From IMG/VR virus record IMGVR_UViG_3300005748_000015, positions 1-64,000 of that record: a stretch of DNA of 64,000 bases; one strand, given 5' to 3'. The DNA is from a virus. Under the pieces are notes generated by a model that searched no databases, was not told the DNA's origin, and worked only from the letters and a program-made list of their open reading frames with translations. Below, one piece after another: positions 9,178 to 16,369 of the stretch; the first letter of the stretch is position 1, and every line of letters starts with the position of its first letter. The translations under genes were made by a program, and so were the position numbers.

Positions 9178-10233
9178 ATGACATTTAAAACTGGTTATGT
9201 ACCACCAACAGGGCTTTTGTCTAAAGTAGAAAAAAAAGCTGTAAGTTCTTTTAATAAAAAATACAAAAATACACCGCTTAGAATGGGCTGTATTACAAGA
9301 GTTTATGAAATTGACGATGAAAATAATACATCAAAAGGAACAGCCGTTCAATATGACGTTATAACTGAAGAACAAAGGGAAGATAAGGGTAACAACTATC
9401 CGACTTATCCAAGATGTATCGCTTTAGATGGTATCGGTGGTATCGGTGATTTTTTTGAATATAAACTTAGAACTTCTGATAGTGAACAATTTGAAAAGAC
9501 ACATCAATTTAAAAAACAAAATGGAAGTTTAGTTTTGGTACTTTGTTTAGATGGTTTTTCTGAAAAGGGTATAATTATTGGTGGATTCAAGCATCCTGCT
9601 AGAGAAACTAAACTAACAAAAGATGCTGGATTACATCTCGAAGGCGAATATAATGGTCTTAACTGGCAAATAAACAAAGACGGTGAATTAACCATTACTT
9701 TTAAATCAAAAACAGACAATGATGGAAAACCACAAGATGAAACTGCTGGTGGTACAACTGTAAAAATGGATAAAGAAGGTTCTATCGACATCAATACAAA
9801 TCTTGAAGGCGATGAAGAAACCTATATGAGAATGGACAAGAAAAACAAAGACATAGGACTAAAAGCTGGGGCTAATGTAGGATTTACCGCTAAAAAAGAT
9901 GTAGCAATGAATGCTGAAGGTAAAATTACTGGAAAAGCCAAGGCCAATGTTGAACTTGTTGCTGAAGGTGCAGCTAAAATATCGGCAAAATCTAGTCTTG
10001 ATCTTGAAGGTGAAAGTGTTGTCAATATTAAAACTGACAATTTAGAAATAAATGCATCAAAAATATTTACTTTTGCATCTGAAACTTTTTTGGGTGGGAA
10101 AGTTTACGTTGGTGATGGAGGTGAACCAGCAGTTATTCGACAAACTCAGTTTAAAGGAAAGGGAAACCACGGTGCTCCTGTTATATCAACAGCACTTGGG
10201 CCTTTTAGTAGTTCGGTATTTATAGCGTCATAA
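9178..10233 (+). CDS. Baseplate central spike (OB fold plus beta-helix)
   Basis: GSLVLVLCLDG..GIIIGG OB-fold motif, short beta-strand repeats, C-terminal GNHGAP tip. Confidence 0.7.
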   Translation: MTFKTGYVPPTGLLSKVEKKAVSSFNKKYKNTPLRMGCITRVYEIDDENNTSKGTAVQYDVITEEQREDKGNNYPTYPRCIALDGIGGIGDFFEYKLRTSDSEQFEKTHQFKKQNGSLVLVLCLDGFSEKGIIIGGFKHPARETKLTKDAGLHLEGEYNGLNWQINKDGELTITFKSKTDNDGKPQDETAGGTTVKMDKEGSIDINTNLEGDEETYMRMDKKNKDIGLKAGANVGFTAKKDVAMNAEGKITGKAKANVELVAEGAAKISAKSSLDLEGESVVNIKTDNLEINASKIFTFASETFLGGKVYVGDGGEPAVIRQTQFKGKGNHGAPVISTALGPFSSSVFIAS

Positions 10234-10460
10234 TGTACAACATTATACTAGATGCCCTTATTGATGACATGCAAAGCTTTGGGATAATATCCACTATTAT
10301 AATATCCGAGGATTATTACGAGCAAATGTCATCTAAAGAAATCAATCATTTAGATAGTTTTCTTACTGACGGAATGAAGTGGATGATAGTAAATGATAGA
10401 AAGGAGTATTGGTCTTTTATATATTCATATGAGCCATTTGAGTTTGAAGATGAACAATAG
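10233..10460 (+). CDS. Small acidic hypothetical protein
   Basis: TAATG coupling to spike gene. Confidence 0.6.
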   Translation: MYNIILDALIDDMQSFGIISTIIISEDYYEQMSSKEINHLDSFLTDGMKWMIVNDRKEYWSFIYSYEPFEFEDEQ

Positions 10461-10683
10461 ACAAATATTATTTGAAATAAAATGTAAAGCTTGCAAAAAA
10501 CTTTTTTTGTATCACCCTAGACAGGGGCAAGATTTTAGATGTTATAATTGCAGAAAAGGTGCAACTTTAGAAGAGGTTGAAAAAGAGTTAGCAGAAATGT
10601 CCAAAGAAGAATACGACTCTTTTATGCAAGATATAGAAGAATATAAAGAAGAATTAAAAAAGAAAAAAGAAAATAAAAAATAA
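10450..10683 (+). CDS. Zn-ribbon protein
   Basis: CKAC...CYNC. Confidence 0.6.
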   Translation: MNNRQILFEIKCKACKKLFLYHPRQGQDFRCYNCRKGATLEEVEKELAEMSKEEYDSFMQDIEEYKEELKKKKENKK

Positions 10684-10685
10684 TG

Positions 10686-10768
10686 TGTGATATTATATAT
10701 ATGAGGTTAGTTTTTTAAGGGCATTACCTCCGCATTTATGTCCAGGCCCTCTTCGGAGGGCTTTTTAT
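10686..10768 (+). ncRNA. Candidate ~65-nt sRNA or attenuator with anti-SD loop
   Basis: TGTGATATTAT extended -10, hairpin GGGCAT/ATGTCC with loop TACCTCCGCATTT, then cUUCGg terminator GGCCCTC-TTCG-GAGGGCT-TTTT. Confidence 0.5.
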
Positions 10769-10779
10769 TAGGATTTTTT

Positions 10780-11055
10780 ATGTATGACAAGTTTGTAAAG
10801 ATAAAACAAGAAAAACCGTGGCTATTTTGGTTGCTTATAGTGCCTTTTGTTTTTGTTGTTATTGTAGATTTCTACAATAAATACCTTATAAATAGTGGAA
10901 AACAGGCAATAAAAAATGCAGAAAAAAAAGACGTAAAATTAAAAACAAAACAAGACAAAACAGAGGCTTTGTCAGAATATCATGAGCAAAAAGCAGATGA
11001 TATTGAAGATCAAATAAAAAATATTGAAACCGAAAAGGATTGGCATTTAAAATGA
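10780..11055 (+). CDS. Membrane-anchored coiled-coil protein
   Basis: One TM helix then charged coiled coil; AGGA RBS. Confidence 0.65.
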   Translation: MYDKFVKIKQEKPWLFWLLIVPFVFVVIVDFYNKYLINSGKQAIKNAEKKDVKLKTKQDKTEALSEYHEQKADDIEDQIKNIETEKDWHLK

Positions 11056-11561
11056 TGAGCACAGGAATTTTTTTATATTATTCATATTTATTTTTATCTA
11101 TTTTTATTTTAATATATGCTTTTGTAAAAGACAGACAGCAATTTTCAATACATTGGGACGGAATTTCTAAATTTGTAGCTTTTATGTCTTTTGTCACGAT
11201 GGTTAGATTGTGCATTATGACTTCTGGCCCTATTCGTCAAAATTTTCCGTTTGAAATGTTTGATTTTGTATTTGTTGTATTTGAAGATATGTTTTTTGTA
11301 ATGATACCATATTATATTGCCAAAAAGCTAAACAATTCATTTTTAAAGTTTATTGTATGGATTTGTTTTTCTTCTTTATTTGCATATGGACATGTTTATC
11401 AGGGATATTTTGCAGCTTTAATTACAGCCTTTTATCCTTACTTTATATCTAGAAAATATGCTATGAAAACAAGTTTTGTTACTGTAATGATGTGTCATTT
11501 TATGTATGACTGTATAACTTTTGTTACCGTTAAATTTGCTAAAATACTACACTATTTGTAG
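11052..11561 (+). CDS. CPBP/Abi (CAAX type II) intramembrane protease-like protein
   Basis: Multi-TM; FEDMFF, FAYGH and CHFMYD match the EExxFR / FxxxH / HxxxD motifs with divergence. Confidence 0.7.
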   Translation: MMSTGIFLYYSYLFLSIFILIYAFVKDRQQFSIHWDGISKFVAFMSFVTMVRLCIMTSGPIRQNFPFEMFDFVFVVFEDMFFVMIPYYIAKKLNNSFLKFIVWICFSSLFAYGHVYQGYFAALITAFYPYFISRKYAMKTSFVTVMMCHFMYDCITFVTVKFAKILHYL

Positions 11562-11570
11562 TTCTTTTAA

Positions 11571-11607
11571 TTTACACCAGCACAGACATGTGATACTATA
11601 TTGGTGT
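11571..11607 (+). promoter_or_regulatory. sigma70-type promoter flanked by TACACCA/TGGTGTA inverted repeat
   Basis: TTTACA-17-TACTAT with TGTG extension. Confidence 0.6.
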
Positions 11608-11624
11608 ACCAACGCTAAGAGGTT

Positions 11625-11858
11625 TTGATGTGTAAAAAACAAGACAAATGGGAAAGATGGAATAAGCTAATGATTGAAGAAAAATACATAGTGATTATTA
11701 AAGAGTTTGATGATATGATTAGAAAAAAAGAAATGATAACTGTTGGAGATTTGGTAATTAGAGATCAAGCTTTAGAAGAAATGGGAGTAATTTCTTTGAG
11801 TCCAAATGCAATTTATAATAGGAAAAATAACAATGGAAAAACTAAAAAAAGAAAATGA
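11625..11858 (+). CDS. Hypothetical protein
   Basis: GAGG RBS, operon packing. Confidence 0.6.
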   Translation: MMCKKQDKWERWNKLMIEEKYIVIIKEFDDMIRKKEMITVGDLVIRDQALEEMGVISLSPNAIYNRKNNNGKTKKRK

Positions 11859-12024
11859 AAAACTTAAATTAGAACTAGCCACCATAATTATGGGTTATGA
11901 AACAGAGTTGGCCAAGGAAAGAAGAGAAGAAATATCTAGTTTTTCACAAGGATGTATGAAAAGATACTTTCAGTTAATGGAAGAGTTAAATGGAGAAGAA
12001 AATGCTTCAAATAAACAAAATTAA
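11833..12024 (+). CDS. Hypothetical protein
   Basis: Operon packing. Confidence 0.55.
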   Translation: MEKLKKENEKLKLELATIIMGYETELAKERREEISSFSQGCMKRYFQLMEELNGEENASNKQN

Positions 12025-12193
12025 ATTTGATAAAGAAACGCAAACCGAAGAAATTGTTTCTTTAAATATACCAAGTGATGAAGTTGCTTGTCTTTATAAG
12101 GACGGTAGGGGTGTTTTTTTAATAACAAAACAAGGATTTATGCACAAAGTAGCGTATGAAATGGAATATTTAATAAGGTTATTAGGTATATAA
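12002..12193 (+). CDS. Hypothetical protein
   Basis: GGAG RBS before ATG 12002. Confidence 0.6.
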   Translation: MLQINKIKFDKETQTEEIVSLNIPSDEVACLYKDGRGVFLITKQGFMHKVAYEMEYLIRLLGI

Positions 12194-12194
12194 T

Positions 12195-12605
12195 ATGAAT
12201 TGTAAGTTCAAATATGGAGATAGAGTTTGGGCAGGAAATCATGCAGGAAAAATAATTTCTATAAGAAAATATAACTATAACTATATTTGCAAAGTTAAAT
12301 TTGAAAATAGATTTTTAGTTCCGCAAGAAATGGAGTACAAAGAAAGCGAGTTGGAATTAATAAAGGAATCAAAAACTGAAACTAGCAATAATAAACCAAA
12401 GTGTACGTGTGGAATAGAAAAAACTTATGGAAAAATACCGACAGAAAATCACAAGTATTATTGTGATCTTTTGAATCCTGAAAAAGAAGACAAAAAAGAA
12501 GACAAAAAAGAAGACAAAAAAGATAGTGAATTATTAGAACAATTTGAGTTAATGTTAGAAGGATATTATGACGATGATGACGATGATTTTGGATTTTTTG
12601 ATTAA
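12195..12605 (+). CDS. SH3/Tudor-like N-domain plus CxCG...H...C metal-binding motif, acidic tail
   Basis: KFKYGDRV..GKII..ESELELI; KPKCTCG..H..YCDL. Confidence 0.65.
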   Translation: MNCKFKYGDRVWAGNHAGKIISIRKYNYNYICKVKFENRFLVPQEMEYKESELELIKESKTETSNNKPKCTCGIEKTYGKIPTENHKYYCDLLNPEKEDKKEDKKEDKKDSELLEQFELMLEGYYDDDDDDFGFFD

Positions 12606-12608
12606 TTT

Positions 12609-12917
12609 ATGACTTTTAATGAATACGAAACAGATTGGCTAGTTTTTAGAAAAAAAATTGAAGAAAAAGCTAAAGGCCGCTGTGTAATTAATAATAAGAA
12701 TTGGAGAAAGCTAAGAGACTATCATTTTGAAGAATGTGTAAAGACAGTGCCTAATCCATACGGTTTTGTTTTTAAAATGGTAAAATTGCACAAAATATAC
12801 AGGTTTGTACCCTGTGCTTATAAGGTTTATTATAAGTATAGAAAGAAAAAACAAGTAGAACTAGAAGCGGCTTTTAGGACTAAATCTAGAGCCGATGCTT
12901 TTAAAAAATATAGGTAA
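12609..12917 (+). CDS. Basic hypothetical protein
   Basis: Operon packing. Confidence 0.6.
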   Translation: MTFNEYETDWLVFRKKIEEKAKGRCVINNKNWRKLRDYHFEECVKTVPNPYGFVFKMVKLHKIYRFVPCAYKVYYKYRKKKQVELEAAFRTKSRADAFKKYR

Positions 12918-12935
12918 AACTAATAGGAGCTTTAA

Positions 12936-13097
12936 ATGGTTAAATTATTTTTTATTACAAGTCTAATGATTTTAACTAGTTGCGCAACAACTTGTGACGG
13001 ATTAAAAATTGCAAAAGAAAGAAGAGCATGTTACAATGATATGAGAAAAAACCAAGAAAGAGTAATAATGGATAGGGATTTGTTTTTAGGTAGATAA
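12936..13097 (+). CDS. Small lipoprotein, 53 aa (not in ORF track)
   Basis: AGGAG RBS; MVKLFFITSLMILTSC lipobox. Confidence 0.7.
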   Translation: MVKLFFITSLMILTSCATTCDGLKIAKERRACYNDMRKNQERVIMDRDLFLGR

Positions 13098-13115
13098 GTA
13101 GTAAGATAAAAGGTT

Positions 13116-13766
13116 ATGGAAAAAATGCAAAAACATACAGAGTTTGAGACTAAATATCGTTTAGAAGGCGATAAGGTGTTTGAGTTTAAGCAATTGGTGG
13201 AATCTATTGGTGAGCCATATGATTTTGTTTATGTACAAGGGCCGGATTGGTATTACACAAAACCTGACGGTTCTTTTCTAAGATATAGAAGAGCTGAAAA
13301 TGACAAAAGCAATAGAGCAGAACTTACAATGAAAAACAAGCCAGAAGGTGCTGGTCATAATATCATTAGAAAAGAAGTAAATCTTAGAGTAGATAAAAAT
13401 AAATTTTGTACGGTTGAAGAGTTTGCCAAAATGCTAGGGTATGACTTTAACTTTAAAATATGGAAAATGTGCCATATATACAACTTTAAAGATGCAACAT
13501 TGGTTTTTTATACCGTTAGAGATGATAAGGGCTTAATGACTCACTTTGTTGAGATTGAACTTGATGAGGATAGCATACACAAAATTACCAAAGATGAGGC
13601 CTGGGATGTTATTAGAAAATATGAAAGAGTATTAGCTCCTATCGGTATAACCCATAGGCATAGGCTGAATAAAAGTTTGTATGAGATGTATGTTAAAGAT
13701 ATTTACAATAATAAGCCAGAACCTAATGATTTCGATGGTTTAAATGTAGAAGTCATCAATAGGTAA
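13116..13766 (+). CDS. CYTH domain protein (class IV adenylate cyclase/triphosphatase fold)
   Basis: N-terminal ExExK (EFETKY), LRYR, LTMK, RKE, FVEIE, KSLYE motifs. Confidence 0.85.
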   Translation: MEKMQKHTEFETKYRLEGDKVFEFKQLVESIGEPYDFVYVQGPDWYYTKPDGSFLRYRRAENDKSNRAELTMKNKPEGAGHNIIRKEVNLRVDKNKFCTVEEFAKMLGYDFNFKIWKMCHIYNFKDATLVFYTVRDDKGLMTHFVEIELDEDSIHKITKDEAWDVIRKYERVLAPIGITHRHRLNKSLYEMYVKDIYNNKPEPNDFDGLNVEVINR

Positions 13767-13806
13767 AAACATAACAGGGTGTAATCTTTAAATAAAAAGG
13801 TAAAAT

Positions 13807-15267
13807 ATGGCTTTAAGCAAAGAAGACAGGATTACAATGTCAAAAAAAATCGTGACAATTCCCGATGACAATGCTGTTGTTGAAGTTATTAAAAAACAAG
13901 TTTTAGCCCAGCAAAAAGTAGCCATAGAGAATGACAATGTAAATGCAGCATTGCAAGAGCCTTATAATCAAAAAATAAACTCTTATCAACCTGAATACAA
14001 TTTAATTGATGGCAAAAAAAGAACAATATTAACAGAAAATTTAATAAATGCTGCTGCAAAAGGTGAAAATAGAAACGGCTTTTTTCTTGCAGACCCTGAG
14101 TTTCCTATACCATCAGTTCCAGACGGAGTTTGGAAGTTTTTTGCTCCCATGAGTTTTTGTTACGCCATTGGTAAGAAAAATAACGAACAATATGATGCAG
14201 AACCGCTTGGAGAAATACAAACTTTAAATAGAATTAAGCCTATATTAAAACAAATAGAAGGCTTTATAGATGCCACCAGAGCAAGCGGTAAAAAGTGTTC
14301 TCAAGAAGGTGTTTGTCAAGGTGGCAGCGGCTCAACTCAACAAGAATGTTTGAGTAATGGCGGTACGTGGACTTTGCAAGATGTAATCGTAGATAGTCCT
14401 GAAATACAATCTAAACTAAATGATCTTAAAAGTGAGATACAAACATGGACCAACTCTTTAAATGGTCAAAAATCAAATATACAAATTTCAGACTTAGATG
14501 TTGCAGCTAGACAGGCTGAAAATCAGGCTGCTTACGATTATATTGGTCCATTATTAGACATATTAAAAGCATGGCAACAAATACAAGATTTTGATACAGA
14601 AACTAATCTACCAGAATCATGTGAAGCTTTTGAAAATGCTGGATATCGTGAGTATTGTTCCGAGCCTCAGTATGAAGATCAATTTTCCTGTGTATTTAAT
14701 GGAGGATTTTGGTATACATCTTTTAAAGATTCTAAGTTATCTCCAACACAAATATCAATTTTAAAAAAAGCTGTTGAAGAAAGGGAACCTTTTTTAAATC
14801 AAAGAAAAAGACAATTAGACGGATATTTTGGAGAAGTTATTCAAAACAAAGAAACTGGTGAGATTACAAAAACTACTGGATGGTACGGTCAAAGATTTTT
14901 AATTATTGATTCGAGACTTAATTTAATATCTGGATCAGCTAATGGAAAGTTTGGAGCTGAAGATAGTTTAAAATCTCAAGATCAAATTAAATCTAGTAAC
15001 AATACAGCGGCAGCAGCTTATGATTTATCTATGAAAGCCACAAAAGCTGTAGCACCAGGTCTTGATACTCAATACTTAAATGTTCTAGATGCTTCAGCTT
15101 TCAAAGTTGGTGATGAGGTTTATGTGGTAGCTAATGATCAGGAAGAATTATCAGGAACTATATTAGAAAAAGATGGCAATAGAGTCAAATTGAGTTTTAC
15201 AGTTCCAAAAAAATATAACCTTGCAAATTTAACAAGATTATACAAGCTAGTTAGCGATCCTATCTAA
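13807..15267 (+). CDS. Putative virion structural protein with two Cys mini-motifs
   Basis: Preceded by AATCTTTAAA; C-terminal LNVLDASAFKVGDEVYV barrel; two C-x10-C-x2-NGG-x-W motifs. Confidence 0.6.
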   Translation: MALSKEDRITMSKKIVTIPDDNAVVEVIKKQVLAQQKVAIENDNVNAALQEPYNQKINSYQPEYNLIDGKKRTILTENLINAAAKGENRNGFFLADPEFPIPSVPDGVWKFFAPMSFCYAIGKKNNEQYDAEPLGEIQTLNRIKPILKQIEGFIDATRASGKKCSQEGVCQGGSGSTQQECLSNGGTWTLQDVIVDSPEIQSKLNDLKSEIQTWTNSLNGQKSNIQISDLDVAARQAENQAAYDYIGPLLDILKAWQQIQDFDTETNLPESCEAFENAGYREYCSEPQYEDQFSCVFNGGFWYTSFKDSKLSPTQISILKKAVEEREPFLNQRKRQLDGYFGEVIQNKETGEITKTTGWYGQRFLIIDSRLNLISGSANGKFGAEDSLKSQDQIKSSNNTAAAAYDLSMKATKAVAPGLDTQYLNVLDASAFKVGDEVYVVANDQEELSGTILEKDGNRVKLSFTVPKKYNLANLTRLYKLVSDPI

Positions 15268-15809
15268 TTCTTCCATTCTTTTAATTCTTGAATATAATAT
15301 TCGTAATGTTTTTTTCTACAATAATAACTTGTAACATAAGAGTGCATTAGACTAGCAGGGCAACCATCTTTTAAATAGCCTGGTTTCTCTATTAAACCTA
15401 AATAATATCCTATTTCTTCAAAAAAATCTACTATGTTATTTATTTCTTTTTTTCTGTCAGTATGCATTCTATATCTTATGCAATGCTCAAGTTCATGATA
15501 GGCTAAAAATTCTTTAGCTATAGGGTCAAAGGCATAATCTCTATACCACCAATCAGGGTCGATTTCTATTTCAAAATCTCCATTTATTAACCACCAGCAC
15601 TTACCAACCGTTCCTGATTCTAAGTCTTTAAAATTCATAGATAGCCTGTCAAATTTGTATTGGTATTTATCTTCGCCTATGATGTTCCTGTATGACTCTA
15701 TATAAGGTTTAAATACTGGGTCTATCCCTTTTTGTTGTTGTCTTACCCTTGGAAGAGCTGAACATGAATTTAAAAACAAAACAATTCCTAATAAATAAAA
15801 TTTAATCAT
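15264..15809 (-). CDS. Lipoprotein metzincin-like metallopeptidase
   Basis: LNSC lipobox; HELEHCIRYRMH; CPASLM Met-turn. Confidence 0.75.
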   Translation of the reverse strand: MIKFYLLGIVLFLNSCSALPRVRQQQKGIDPVFKPYIESYRNIIGEDKYQYKFDRLSMNFKDLESGTVGKCWWLINGDFEIEIDPDWWYRDYAFDPIAKEFLAYHELEHCIRYRMHTDRKKEINNIVDFFEEIGYYLGLIEKPGYLKDGCPASLMHSYVTSYYCRKKHYEYYIQELKEWKN

Positions 15810-16104
15810 GCTTAACAACCCTTTTTATTAATCCGCATTTTTGACATATATATGCTTTTCTTTGAAATTTAAAATTGTGATTGTTCATTACACAAGTATT
15901 GTCTCTAAACCATCTAAGCATTAAATACCAAGCCATACTTAATACAATAAACCCTACAAAATTCATTTTTTACCACCCTCTATTAATTTAAAAGATTTTT
16001 TTAGCTGTTGTTTTTGTATAATCTTTCTTATTTTTAAAAAAACTCTAATGGCACAGGTTATAACCAAACCTACCCAGCTTGTTAGAAAAAATATTAAAAC
16101 AAAA

Positions 16105-16275
16105 TCACTCATTATCTTTTACCATTTTCTTTGTTTCTTCCTTGATCTTTTTTCTATTATAATCTTTTTTTGATTTCATAGTAATAGAAGGTGGTGCCAC
16201 TGGGATGCGTGGTTTTATCTCTTGTTTTTTCTTTTTCCTTTCTAACTTGTTGATTTTACGTTTAGCTTTTCCCAT
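16105..16275 (-). CDS. Very basic 56-aa protein (not in ORF track)
   Basis: GAGG RBS and TGTGATATTAT promoter; MGKAKRK...RIPVAPPSITMKSKKDYNRKK. Confidence 0.65.
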   Translation of the reverse strand: MGKAKRKINKLERKKKKQEIKPRIPVAPPSITMKSKKDYNRKKIKEETKKMVKDNE

Positions 16276-16369
16276 ATAAACCTCTTATATATAATATCAC
16301 ATCGGACAGAATCTTTAAAGTATGATATTATATAAAATGATATAATGTAAAGATTACAATAGGATAAGA

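Noticed and set aside
12483-12523. 12-bp tandem repeat encoding EDKK x3
   Set aside because: Ordinary in-frame slippage in a low-complexity linker
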